58,363 bases of DNA from Pseudomonadota bacterium (GTDB taxonomy: Bacteria; Pseudomonadota; Gammaproteobacteria; Burkholderiales; Burkholderiaceae_C). A program made the position numbers and the translations under genes. Below, piece by piece: positions 43,531 to 53,174 of the stretch. The notes under the pieces are model-generated. The model was not told the origin of the DNA. It saw nothing but the letters and a program-made list of their open reading frames with translations, and searched no databases. How positions within the stretch are numbered: position 1 is the stretch's first letter; each line of letters opens with the position of its first letter. The stretch lies in contig JBJOPV010000001.1 in NCBI GenBank assembly GCA_046050625.1, positions 1 to 58,363 of the forward strand. The letters are read 5' to 3'.

Positions 43531-44990
43531 CACGTGGCCTTCAACACGGTGAGCTGGACAGACGCGCTGCTCTCGAGTGGAGGCCTGTCCTTCGTCTTCG
43601 ACTTGGGAGGCTGCACCGAAAAGCCACGGGCCGAAAGCATGACCAGCACCAGATGCGCGTACACATCCCCGTTGAAGAGCGTGGTGATATTGAGCGGTGT
43701 CTCGGTGATGCAGCGCAGCCAGACCAGGATCAGCAAGGCCAGCGAACTGCCACGGGTGATTCGTGCCGCTTTGACCGCCCCCCAGGACAGCGTCAGGAGA
43801 TACACGGTCAGTGCCATCAGACCCACCGTTCCGGAGAGTCCCATGCTGTTGAGAAACTGGTTGTGCGCGTGCATTGCAAAGGGCATCTGGATGCTTGCCC
43901 GGAAGGCGTTGTCCCAGAGCGTTGGCCCGAAACCGAAAATTGGATTGTCCATCCAGACATCCAGAGCGACATCCCATATCCGGGTGCGGCCCGTGAGCGT
44001 CAGCACGTCATTGCCCGCTTTCGACTCCGCAAGCATGTCGAGCAGAACCGTGGGTGGCGCCACCATCAGCGCGATGCTGAATGCCGCACCGATCAGCAGC
44101 AGCAAGATGGCGGTTCCCACCCGCAGTCTGCCCTGCCGGTCCAGGCCGAATCGATAGAGCAGGATGCACTGGACCGCGATGGCCGCGGCAATCCAGGCGG
44201 TCTTCGACTGGGCCAGCACGACCACCACGAGAGAGGACAGCACCACCAGCAGGCGCAGACGGCGAATCCGGGTGGGCCGCGCATACTCGAGCAGCAGAGC
44301 CAGCACCGCCAGAGGACCGATGCTGTTCGGATTCGAGCCCAGTCCCCACAGCCGCACGTCGAGCCCGGGAATCCAGCCGCTGTAGCCGGGCTGCAGCGCG
44401 AGGTTGGGTGTCACGATCACCGCGATCAGGCTGGCCGCCATGATCGTGTGCAAGGCCATCTTCGCCCACTCGATGACCAGTTCCAGATCCTTTGTGGCGC
44501 TGATGATGGCCACCAGGAACAGGGGAAAAGCGTAGTACTGGTTATGGATGAACGCAGGCTTCTCGCCCATGAAGGCGGGAATCACATTCGTCGCGATGAA
44601 ATAGGCGATGAAGACCCCTGCCAGTGGCTTTTCGGGCCCGAAGATCTGTCGGGTGCCCGACATCTTCAGGCTGTCGAAGATGCGCCCGACGATGATCGAC
44701 AGCGACAGCCCGAGAATCAGGAACGTGACCATCCGATTCGGCCAGGTCGCACCGCCCGGCTCGGCATTCATGCTGTCGACCGCAAAGGCCGCGAAACGCA
44801 CGTCGCGCCCGGACAGCGCCACGCCCAGCGTCATGCCCAGCGCGCACAGCGCCAGCATGAGCGGCACGAAATAGCGGCCGATGCGCGTCTGGGTGTGCAT
44901 GATCAGCGCGAAGACCAGCACCATCACCACCGCCAGGATGGACAGCACCGATCCGCCCATCGCGAGAAAGATCAGTTCACCCTTGCTCAT
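43530..44990 (-). CDS. O-antigen ligase/Wzy-like polymerase
   Basis: Multiple TM helices, NPNSIG, AQSKTA, TLTGRTRIW..NPIFGFG, HAHNQFL. Confidence 0.88.
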   Translation of the reverse strand: MSKGELIFLAMGGSVLSILAVVMVLVFALIMHTQTRIGRYFVPLMLALCALGMTLGVALSGRDVRFAAFAVDSMNAEPGGATWPNRMVTFLILGLSLSIIVGRIFDSLKMSGTRQIFGPEKPLAGVFIAYFIATNVIPAFMGEKPAFIHNQYYAFPLFLVAIISATKDLELVIEWAKMALHTIMAASLIAVIVTPNLALQPGYSGWIPGLDVRLWGLGSNPNSIGPLAVLALLLEYARPTRIRRLRLLVVLSSLVVVVLAQSKTAWIAAAIAVQCILLYRFGLDRQGRLRVGTAILLLLIGAAFSIALMVAPPTVLLDMLAESKAGNDVLTLTGRTRIWDVALDVWMDNPIFGFGPTLWDNAFRASIQMPFAMHAHNQFLNSMGLSGTVGLMALTVYLLTLSWGAVKAARITRGSSLALLILVWLRCITETPLNITTLFNGDVYAHLVLVMLSARGFSVQPPKSKTKDRPPLESSASVQLTVLKAT

Positions 44991-44993
44991 TGC

Positions 44994-46526
44994 TCACTCC
45001 TCCAGAAGTCGGCGCAGCGCCCGCAGCTGGCGCAACCCGACAGGCAGTCTCGCCAGGACCGGCCGGAGGGCCGGACGCACCGCGGGCGCAACCGTCAGCG
45101 ACAGCGTGGCGGCCATCAGCAGCAGTGTGCCGCCCAGTCCGAGCGCCAGACCTGGCAGCAGCAGCCCCGCCGAGCCAACATCCATCAGCCGTCCCAGTCG
45201 CAGCAGGACCTCGCAGCTCAGGCCGACCAAGACACAGGCCAGCACGCCAGGACGCAGCGTGCACCAGAGATCACGTGCCGGAATCGACAGCACCCGGCAC
45301 ACCTGCCCCACCATCGTCGCCGCACGCACGAAGAACAGTCCCGCCACGGCCCAGGCGACCCAGAGAACCGGGCCTTGCGCGGCGATCGCACACACCAGCA
45401 GCCACAGCAGCAGCACCGGCAGCTGCGAGCGGAATTCCCGACGAGCGTGTCCAGCCGCCCAGAGCATCGGGGTCGACATGCCCCAGATCAGGAAAGCCGG
45501 CATCGCCAGCGCGAACGGCGTCAGCAGCGCGCCAGCATCGTGCCAGGCGGAGCCATAGAGCAGTGCGATGATCGGCTCGGCCAGCACGGCCGCCGCCACA
45601 TAGACCGGCGCCAGCAGCAGCAGGATCACCAGCAGTACCGCCTGATAGACACCCGCCTGGCGGGCGCCGTCCGCGCTGTCCATCCGGGCAGAGGCCGAGT
45701 AGAAGACCGGCTGAATCACCCCGAGCAACGTGGTCGTCGGGGTGTAGACCAGGTTATAGGCCGCAGAGTAGCTGCCAATGCTGCTGGCGGCGTAGCTGCG
45801 AGCCACCACCGCGCGATCGACGTTCTGCAACAGCCAGTTCAGCAGATTCGTCACCATGACCGTCAGACCGACCGACAGCATGGCAGGACGGTCCGCGGTA
45901 TTCCAGAGCGGTCGCAGCGGATGGCGCACGGCCGCATAAGCCCACATCAGGGCCACGGCCGACTGAACCAGCCAGGCCACGACAAGCGCCCTCACATCGC
46001 CCAGCCACAGCGCCAGTGGCAGTCCGCACAGCACATGCCCGATCACATAGGAGCCGACTTGGGAGAGCTGAATGCTGCGAAAGTCCATCCGGCGCTTAAG
46101 CATGTTCAGCGACGGTGCCGACAGCGCGTTGAGCAGGCAGACCGGTGCCAGGGCTGCCACCACGGCGGCAGCTCTCGGCTCGCCGAAGCCGCGTGCGATG
46201 AGCTCGGCTCCGGCCCAGACGCCGGTGGCCACGACCAGACCGACCAGAATCTGCCAGGTGAAGACGCAGCGCAGATCGTCGTCGCTGACCTGCGGCTTCT
46301 GGATCAGCCCGTAAGCCATGCCGAAATCCGCCAGGAAGGTCGCCAGGCTGACCACCAGCACACCCATCGCGAACAAGCCGTACTGCTCGGGCCCGAGGAT
46401 GCGCGCCAGCATGATCTGCGTACCGAACTGCAGCACCAGCTTGGCGATCGAGCCGGCAGCGCCCCACCCGATCGCACGAGCGGCTTGGCCGGCCAGACCG
46501 GCGTCGGCGCCCATACGACGACTCAC
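44994..46526 (-). CDS. Wzx-type polysaccharide flippase (WzxC-like)
   Basis: LARILGPEQYGL, DFGMAYGLIQ, multi-TM, NVDRAVV, GSYSAAY. GTG start overlaps the epsI stop (alternative ATG 46514). Confidence 0.88.
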   Translation of the reverse strand: MSRRMGADAGLAGQAARAIGWGAAGSIAKLVLQFGTQIMLARILGPEQYGLFAMGVLVVSLATFLADFGMAYGLIQKPQVSDDDLRCVFTWQILVGLVVATGVWAGAELIARGFGEPRAAAVVAALAPVCLLNALSAPSLNMLKRRMDFRSIQLSQVGSYVIGHVLCGLPLALWLGDVRALVVAWLVQSAVALMWAYAAVRHPLRPLWNTADRPAMLSVGLTVMVTNLLNWLLQNVDRAVVARSYAASSIGSYSAAYNLVYTPTTTLLGVIQPVFYSASARMDSADGARQAGVYQAVLLVILLLLAPVYVAAAVLAEPIIALLYGSAWHDAGALLTPFALAMPAFLIWGMSTPMLWAAGHARREFRSQLPVLLLWLLVCAIAAQGPVLWVAWAVAGLFFVRAATMVGQVCRVLSIPARDLWCTLRPGVLACVLVGLSCEVLLRLGRLMDVGSAGLLLPGLALGLGGTLLLMAATLSLTVAPAVRPALRPVLARLPVGLRQLRALRRLLEE

Positions 46527-47260
46527 TGAAGACCGGCGATGCGCAGGCGGTTCTCAGGCCCCATCGCCGCCAGCATCTCCTGTGCGAACCGGTCCTGCAG
46601 CACGAAGGCACGCGGACTGTCACGGTCGATGCTCGACATGCGAAACAGCAGGCCGTCCGCAATGTAGCCCTTCAACGCGTAGCGCATCTCCATCAATTTC
46701 TTGTCGGTGCCATTCTTGACAGCATGATCACCCAGCGTGGTCCAGTAGGTGACCGGCTCGAACCGGTTCGAGCCGTAGGTGGTCTCGACCCGGCGCACCG
46801 GCACCGTTCCCTGAGGGGTGATCAGCTCGGCTGCGCTGGTGCGCTGAACCTGGAAGCCTTGGGCCGGATAGCAGATCTCTGGCTTGTGCACCTGAAAGGA
46901 GTCGCTCTGGTTCTTGCCGTAGGCCACCGAGAGCATGATGGTCTCGCCCTGCGAGTTGCGATAGACCCGGTTGACCAGCTCGGCATACAGCTTGTCCTGC
47001 ATCGTCTGCGCCTGCGGATTGACGACGCCCTGAGCCATCGGCACATGCTGCCAGTCGCCAAAGCGCTCCGGGATCAGGGCTTCCAGCTTCACCGGCGGGC
47101 GGGTGTCGGCCAAGTGGAGATCAGGCTTCAGGGACGAGCCCAGCACCGAGGCCCCGATCATGACGGCCGCCAGCACGGCCGAGGTGCGCAGCGCCCGGGA
47201 AGGCGCGGGCCTGGCCGCGGGGACGGACGGATGGGGCGGCGTCGTCTTGGAGATCATCAT
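46523..47260 (-). CDS. epsI: Exosortase-associated protein EpsI (B-type)
   Basis: LEALIPERFGDW, IMLSVAYG, QVHKPEICYPAQGF, EPVTYW, DGLLFRMSSI. Start uncertain. Confidence 0.88.
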   Translation of the reverse strand: MMISKTTPPHPSVPAARPAPSRALRTSAVLAAVMIGASVLGSSLKPDLHLADTRPPVKLEALIPERFGDWQHVPMAQGVVNPQAQTMQDKLYAELVNRVYRNSQGETIMLSVAYGKNQSDSFQVHKPEICYPAQGFQVQRTSAAELITPQGTVPVRRVETTYGSNRFEPVTYWTTLGDHAVKNGTDKKLMEMRYALKGYIADGLLFRMSSIDRDSPRAFVLQDRFAQEMLAAMGPENRLRIAGLQ

Positions 47261-47296
47261 CGGAAGCATCCTGGATGGAGTGGGCAAGCACGCAGC

Positions 47297-48190
47297 TCAG
47301 GCAGCGACGGGATGCGGCAGGTCAACGGGCCGGCTCGGCAACATCCAGCGCACCGCCGAGTCGACCATCATGATCAGCATCAGCGCAGCCAGGAACAGCA
47401 CCATGCCCGCGAAGCCATGCAGGAAACCCTGACCCGCCTCATCGCCAAGGTAGTAGGTGATGAGCGTCAGGGTGATCACCCGAATCACGTTGGCGGTGAA
47501 GCTGATCGGCACCACGAGCACGGCCAACGTGACATTGCGGATCACCGACTCATGCCGCACCAGGTTCATGTACAGCAGACCCATCGCCTCGAGCGTGAAG
47601 AGCGTGTTCAGGCCGGCACAGGCATCGGCGACCAGCAGCTGATACTGGCCGATCTGCAGGATCACACCGGAACGACTGATCGGGTAGCCTGCGTGATAGA
47701 GAATCCACTCGACGACATAGGAGACCGCGATCTTCATCGGCTGGGTCAGGGCATCGACCACCTGACCCGGCAGCGGAATCATGAAGATCAGAAACAGCAG
47801 CCCGAACCACAGCGGACGCAGGCCAGCGCCTCCCTTGAGCAGCAGCACGCTGCCCGCGAGCACCCCGATGCAGGAGCCAAGCTCGAAGATGATGATGTCC
47901 TGCGAGCGACCCAGCACGAACAGCAGCACCGAAGGCAGCAGCACCGCCAGGCCGACGATCCAGGCCGGCCGGTCAGGCAGCGCCAGCATCTCGGGCCCAC
48001 GACGCCACATCAGCCACAGGCCAATGGCCAGAACGATCGGACCGTGACCATGCTGGTCCCCTGCCCAGGGCCCCTTGAAGAGATCGTTCACCGTGGGGCC
48101 GTAGAGCGCCACGAAGCCCAGCGCCAGCACCAGCCACGGAGTCCACGCTGGAACTCCTCCGTGATCAGCCTTGATCCGAACAGCAGACAT
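47297..48190 (-). CDS. xrtB: Exosortase B (EpsH)
   Basis: HGHGPIVL, GYPISRSGVIL.IGQYQLLVADAC(Cys)AGL, ANVIR(Arg)V, FLH(His)GFAG catalytic triad, flanked by epsG and epsI. Confidence 0.93.
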   Translation of the reverse strand: MSAVRIKADHGGVPAWTPWLVLALGFVALYGPTVNDLFKGPWAGDQHGHGPIVLAIGLWLMWRRGPEMLALPDRPAWIVGLAVLLPSVLLFVLGRSQDIIIFELGSCIGVLAGSVLLLKGGAGLRPLWFGLLFLIFMIPLPGQVVDALTQPMKIAVSYVVEWILYHAGYPISRSGVILQIGQYQLLVADACAGLNTLFTLEAMGLLYMNLVRHESVIRNVTLAVLVVPISFTANVIRVITLTLITYYLGDEAGQGFLHGFAGMVLFLAALMLIMMVDSAVRWMLPSRPVDLPHPVAA

Positions 48191-48275
48191 GTTTCAAGCC
48201 CCCGCAGCCCGGCGCCGGACATCCGGTCGGCCGCCGATTTCCTTGTATCGATGAAATGTCCCGGGTTCCCGGGAC

Positions 48276-49193
48276 TCAATGCTCATTGAGGACCACGCCA
48301 GCCAGCTTGGCCGAGGCCGCCACCATGCTGTCGACCAGCGTGTTGAGGCTGGCCATGCGGGTCTTGTTCTTGCGCGAAACCACCAGGGCCGCACCACAGC
48401 GCGAGGCGATCACCGCCGCGTCGCTGCCACTCGAGGCTGGCGGCGTGTCCACGATGACATGGTCGAACTTGCGCAGCAGCTCGCCCACAAGCAGCCGGAA
48501 GGCCGGTCGCTCGAGCAGCTCCAGCGGGTTGGGCGGCAGGATGCCGACCGGCATCACAAAAAGACTGGGAATGTCTGCCGCCTGATAGATGACGTTCTCC
48601 TCTTGGCGGCCGCTGAGAATGCCGCTCAGGCCGGCGGCATTGGGCACACCGAAGAGATCGTGCTGGCGGGGGGTGCGGAAATTGGCATCCATGATCAGCG
48701 TGCGCCCGCCCAGCTGGGCCAGCACGATGCCGAGATTGGCCACGAAGTAGGACCGGCCGTCACCGCTGTCCGGACTGACCACCGCCATGGCACGCCTGGG
48801 CTCGATCGGGCTGAAGACCCGCATCATCAGCTGACTGCGAATCGCCCGGAAAGCCTCGGCGCGCGGGCCGAAGGGCTGCGTCGCAGTGACCAGCTCCGGA
48901 TGAATATGACGACGATCCTCAGGCGTGTAGGGGTAATGGAACTGCTGGCTGAGCGCGAAGACGACATCGGCGTCAGTCGCCAGCCCCAATGCGACGGCCG
49001 CTTCTCCGAAGCGCACGCCATGATCGCGCTGATAGGCCAGGATGGCCTCGATCTGTTGCTCGCTGAGGCTCTTCTTCTCACGGATCAGATCGCCGATGCA
49101 GCGATCCTCGCCAGCAGCCAGGGCCGTCTCGTCAGCGCGGGTCATGGAGGATTCCATCCGGAGGTTCTTTTCCTGGGGTCGGGCGAAGCTCAT
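48276..49193 (-). CDS. epsG: Chain-length determinant tyrosine kinase EpsG
   Basis: GVRFGEAAV, ALSQQFHYPY, EAFRAIRSQL, SPDSGDGRS, DANFRTP, PPNPLELL, IVDTPP. Confidence 0.9.
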   Translation of the reverse strand: MSFARPQEKNLRMESSMTRADETALAAGEDRCIGDLIREKKSLSEQQIEAILAYQRDHGVRFGEAAVALGLATDADVVFALSQQFHYPYTPEDRRHIHPELVTATQPFGPRAEAFRAIRSQLMMRVFSPIEPRRAMAVVSPDSGDGRSYFVANLGIVLAQLGGRTLIMDANFRTPRQHDLFGVPNAAGLSGILSGRQEENVIYQAADIPSLFVMPVGILPPNPLELLERPAFRLLVGELLRKFDHVIVDTPPASSGSDAAVIASRCGAALVVSRKNKTRMASLNTLVDSMVAASAKLAGVVLNEH

Positions 49194-49223
49194 CGCGAAA
49201 CGCCTTTCAGAGGGGGAGTCGGA

Positions 49224-50657
49224 TCAGGAGCCCGAACCGGGCAAGCGAGCGATCACATGCTGGGAGACCCGGCCCTGTGCGGGCACGGCGCTGCCACCCC
49301 GTCCGATCCGGCCCGTCGCACCCGGCAGCACGCCAAGCACAGGCAGCCCGATCGAGTCGGAGAAGTCGCTGAGCATGCGCACCCGACGATCGAAGACCTC
49401 ACGAATCAGCACGAAGGCCACTGCCAGCAGGATGCCCAGGAAAATGCTCAACAGCGAGTTGAGCAGCAGCTTCGGCGACGAAGGCTGGGTCGGTTCCGTG
49501 GCTGCCGACAGCAGAGAGATGTTGGTCTGCGTGGTCTGGCTCTCCATGCTGGTCTGCAGCACGCGCTGGTTGATCTGGTCATAGGAGCGTTGCAGCGACT
49601 CAACCTCGCGCTGCAATGCCGTCAACTCGTTGCGCTGTTCCTTCATGCGCAGCACCTTGGTGCGCTGGGCCTCCAGGGAGGCCCGGGCCTCGGCCTCACG
49701 CTGCCGGTTGATGTTGTTGGTCACACCAACGCTGCTGCCCACACGACGGGACTCGCTGTCGATGCGGCGACGCAGTTCATCGATGTTGGCCTTGAGCTCG
49801 ACCACCTGCGGATGCGCATCGCCCAGACGGGCGCCCAGCTCGCCAAGCCGAGCCTCTTGACGTGACAGGTCAGCACGCAGGCCAGCCACCACCGGGTTGG
49901 CAATCACGTCCTGGAGCTGATCCCCCGAGACGCGAACCTGCGAAGAGCGGCTGTTCGAGTCGGCCGCCTGGGCCTGGATCATCACCAGCTGCGAGCTGAG
50001 CTCGTTCAGGCGCTGGGTCTCGATGTCGAAACGCTCGTCTGCCACGGTGATGCCGTACTGCTTCTGCATGTCGGCCAGGCGGGTCTGAGCCTTGTCGAGC
50101 GAATCGCGCAGATCAGCCGCCTGCTTGGTGAAGAAGTCGGCATATTGCTGTGCCGGCAGCGTGCGCAGCCCCAGGCTGATGTCGATGTAGGCCCGAGCAA
50201 AGGCATTGGCCAGGGCGGCGGAGAACTTGGGGTCCGGGTTCGAGTAGGACACGTAGATCACGTTGCCGTCACGCGAGGGCTTCACGTCCAGCTTCTTGCT
50301 GATCATCTGTGCCAGCCAGGACTCGAAGCTGCCTTGGCTCTTCGCCTCGGTCTCCCATTGCTCGCGGATCTGGGCGCTCTCGTTCAGGCGCAGGCCCTGA
50401 ACCACGCGCAGCGCGACACGCTCGCTCTGGAGCACCTCGACCTGAGTCGCCATGTAGGACGGCATCGCCATCGCGCCCATCGTCATGCCCAGGATCGGAT
50501 CCGGAGAGCGGACATCCAGCACCAGGGACGACGTCGCGGTGTAGGTCTTGGGCAGCATCAGCGTGACCGCCACCGTGGCACTGACGGTCAGCAGCAGCAC
50601 CAGCAGAGCCGACAGCCAGCGCGCCCGAAGAATGGCGAAGAACAGAGGAAAGGTCAT
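49224..50657 (-). CDS. epsF: Chain-length determinant protein EpsF (Wzz/Wzc-N)
   Basis: ILRARW, LPKTYTAT, YMATQVEVLQSERVA, coiled coil, HPQV, PSSPK followed by a TM helix. Confidence 0.9.
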   Translation of the reverse strand: MTFPLFFAILRARWLSALLVLLLTVSATVAVTLMLPKTYTATSSLVLDVRSPDPILGMTMGAMAMPSYMATQVEVLQSERVALRVVQGLRLNESAQIREQWETEAKSQGSFESWLAQMISKKLDVKPSRDGNVIYVSYSNPDPKFSAALANAFARAYIDISLGLRTLPAQQYADFFTKQAADLRDSLDKAQTRLADMQKQYGITVADERFDIETQRLNELSSQLVMIQAQAADSNSRSSQVRVSGDQLQDVIANPVVAGLRADLSRQEARLGELGARLGDAHPQVVELKANIDELRRRIDSESRRVGSSVGVTNNINRQREAEARASLEAQRTKVLRMKEQRNELTALQREVESLQRSYDQINQRVLQTSMESQTTQTNISLLSAATEPTQPSSPKLLLNSLLSIFLGILLAVAFVLIREVFDRRVRMLSDFSDSIGLPVLGVLPGATGRIGRGGSAVPAQGRVSQHVIARLPGSGS

Positions 50658-50929
50658 GTCGTTCGAGAGTGGTGACTGGACAGGGTCGATAAGTGATACC
50701 GAGCCCGGGGCTTGATCACTCGATAACGGGCCTTGCGTCGCATCTTATCGGCCTGTAACGACTCGTCAGATACTCGCGCCGTACCGCCCGGAACCACCGC
50801 GCAATAGCGCCGTTAAGTCTGCACGGATACCCTGTTTCCCTGACTGGCAGGGGGCTCAACTCGAGATCCACGGGCGCAAACGATCCTAGCACGCACCCTC
50901 GTCGGCTCAGCCGGCACAATCACGGCGTC

Positions 50930-52249
50930 ATGCCTGAGACCCCCTCCGAATCGATGCCCCATTCCATCCAGCCCACCGTCGCCGTCATCGGCGTCGGCTA
51001 CGTCGGCCTGCCGCTCGTCGTCGAGTTCGGTCGCCGTCTGCCGACGATCGGCTTCGACATCGCCCATGACAAGATCGCCCGCTGCCAGGCCGGGCAGGAT
51101 CCGTCGCGCGAGATCCCCGACGCGGACATGGCCGCCGCCGTCCATGCCCGCTACAGCAGCGACCCGGCAGCACTGCGCGAGGCCGACTTCATCATCGTCG
51201 CGGTACCCACGCCGGTCGATCAGGCGCGCATTCCCGATTTCGGGCCGCTGATCGGCGCCAGCCGCACCATCGGGCCGCACCTGAAGAAGGGCGCCACCGT
51301 CATCTTCGAATCCACCGTCTATCCCGGCGCCACGGAAGAGGTGTGCATCCCCGAGCTGGAACGCGCCTCCGGCAAGACCTGGAAGCGCGACTTCTTCGTC
51401 GGCTACAGCCCCGAGCGCATCAACCCGGGGGACCGCGAGCACCGGCTGACCAACGTCATCAAGGTGGTCGCCGGCGACAGCGAGGCCACGCTCGAGAAGG
51501 TGGCAGCGCTCTACGAGACCATCGTCGAGCCGGGCGTTCATCGCTGCTCCAGCATCAAGGTCGCCGAAGCCTGCAAGGTGATCGAGAACACCCAGCGCGA
51601 TCTCAACATCGCGCTGATGAACGAGCTGGCCATCATCTTCGACAGGATCGGCATCGACACCACCGAGGTGCTCGAAGCCGCCGGCACGAAGTGGAACTTC
51701 CTGCCCTTTCGCCCCGGCCTGGTGGGCGGGCACTGCATCGGCGTCGATCCGTACTATCTGACGCACAAGGCCGAGATGCTGGGCTGCCACCCGCAGGTGA
51801 TCCTGGCCGGACGGCGCATCAACGACGGCATGGGCAAGTTCATCGCCGAGCAGACGGTCAAGCAGATGATCGCCGCGGGCAGCTACATCAAGGGCTCGCG
51901 GGTCAACATCCTCGGGCTGACCTTCAAGGAGAACTGCCCGGACCTGCGCAACAGCAAGGTGGTGGACATCATCACCGAGCTGCGCAGCTACGGCGTCGAG
52001 GTCTTCGTGCACGACCCGATGGCCGACCCCGACGAAGCGATGCATGAATATGGCGTGCGCCTGCTTGACTGGGCGGATCTTCCTCGGGCGGACGCCATCG
52101 TCGCAGCGGTCGCGCATCGGGGTTTCCGTGCGCTTGGCCTCGAGGATTTCACCCGCAAGCTGATCAAGGGTGGCTGTGTCATTGATGTCAAATCGGGACT
52201 GGATGAAAAGGCGTTGAGGGATGCCGGATTGCACGTCTGGCGCCTTTGA
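50930..52249 (+). CDS. Nucleotide-sugar dehydrogenase (TviB/WbpO-type UDP-HexNAc 6-dehydrogenase)
   Basis: GVGYVG, VPTP, ESTVYPG, YSPERINPGD, KVIENTQRD, GGHCIGVDPYYL, FKENCPDLRNS. Confidence 0.93.
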   Translation: MPETPSESMPHSIQPTVAVIGVGYVGLPLVVEFGRRLPTIGFDIAHDKIARCQAGQDPSREIPDADMAAAVHARYSSDPAALREADFIIVAVPTPVDQARIPDFGPLIGASRTIGPHLKKGATVIFESTVYPGATEEVCIPELERASGKTWKRDFFVGYSPERINPGDREHRLTNVIKVVAGDSEATLEKVAALYETIVEPGVHRCSSIKVAEACKVIENTQRDLNIALMNELAIIFDRIGIDTTEVLEAAGTKWNFLPFRPGLVGGHCIGVDPYYLTHKAEMLGCHPQVILAGRRINDGMGKFIAEQTVKQMIAAGSYIKGSRVNILGLTFKENCPDLRNSKVVDIITELRSYGVEVFVHDPMADPDEAMHEYGVRLLDWADLPRADAIVAAVAHRGFRALGLEDFTRKLIKGGCVIDVKSGLDEKALRDAGLHVWRL

Positions 52250-52261
52250 GCGCTCCACAAG

Positions 52262-52280
52262 CCCCCCGAGTACCGGGGGG
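52262..52280 (+). terminator. GC hairpin after the dehydrogenase gene
   Basis: CCCCCCG-AGTAC-CGGGGGG. No T tract. Confidence 0.35.
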
Positions 52281-52350
52281 ACGTGGGCAATATTGACTGG
52301 GACTCTTGCAGATGGCTGCCTACCATGCGGCATCTTCTCGACTCCCGACC

Positions 52351-53160
52351 ATGCTCCACCGGCCCGAATTTTCACTGCCGTCGACCTTCTCGGAACCGAT
52401 GCCCGCTTCTGAAGGCCGCACCGTGGAACGCGTGGTCGGCGTGCCCATCGACGTGCTCGACTGGGACGATGCCTGCCGCACCATCAGCCGCTGGGCCGCA
52501 CTGCGGGAGAGCCGCTATGTGTGCATCTGCAACGTGCATTCGGTCGTCACCGCTCGCAACGATCCCGAATTCATGAAGGTGATCGAGGGCGCCGACCTGG
52601 CCACCGCCGACGGCGCGCCGGTCGCCTGGATGCTGCGCCGTCTCGGCCATGCCCGCCAGCGCCGCATCAACGGCCCGGACCTGATGCTGCGCTATTTCGC
52701 CCAGGCCGAGCAGCGCGGCGAGGCCGTCTTCCTGTACGGCAGCACGCCGGCGACGCTCGAGCGACTGCAGCAGCGTCTTCAGGATCGCTTTCCGTCGCTG
52801 CGCATCGCCGGGGTCTGCTCGCCGCCCTTTCGCCCGCTGACGCCCGAGGAAGACGAGCAGATCATCCAGCGCATCAACGCCTCGGGCGCGCGTACCGTCT
52901 GGGTCAGCCTGGGCTGCCCGAAGCAGGAACGCTGGATGGCCGCGCATCGGCACCGCATCCAGGCGGTCACCATCGGTGTCGGCGCCGCCTTCGACTATCA
53001 CGCTGGCGTGATCCGCCGCGCGCCGCAGTGGATGCAAGACATCGGCCTCGAATGGCTGCACCGCTTCGGGTCCGAGCCGCGCCGCCTGGGGCCGCGCTAC
53101 CTGAGCACCAACACCGAATTCCTCTACCGCGCCGCCCGGCAGCTGCTCGAGCGCCGCTGA
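52351..53160 (+). CDS. WecB/TagA/CpsF family glycosyltransferase (copy 1)
   Basis: NVHS, ADGAPV, RINGPDL, SPPFR, SLGCPKQE, GVGAAFD, RAPQWM..GLEWLHR..EPRRL. Start uncertain. Confidence 0.93.
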   Translation: MLHRPEFSLPSTFSEPMPASEGRTVERVVGVPIDVLDWDDACRTISRWAALRESRYVCICNVHSVVTARNDPEFMKVIEGADLATADGAPVAWMLRRLGHARQRRINGPDLMLRYFAQAEQRGEAVFLYGSTPATLERLQQRLQDRFPSLRIAGVCSPPFRPLTPEEDEQIIQRINASGARTVWVSLGCPKQERWMAAHRHRIQAVTIGVGAAFDYHAGVIRRAPQWMQDIGLEWLHRFGSEPRRLGPRYLSTNTEFLYRAARQLLERR

Positions 53161-53174
53161 AGGCTGCACGAGCC

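Noticed and set aside
50911-50926. Possible sigma54 promoter CGGCAC-N5-CGGC before the dehydrogenase
   Set aside because: Poor -12 element and too close to the first possible start codon.
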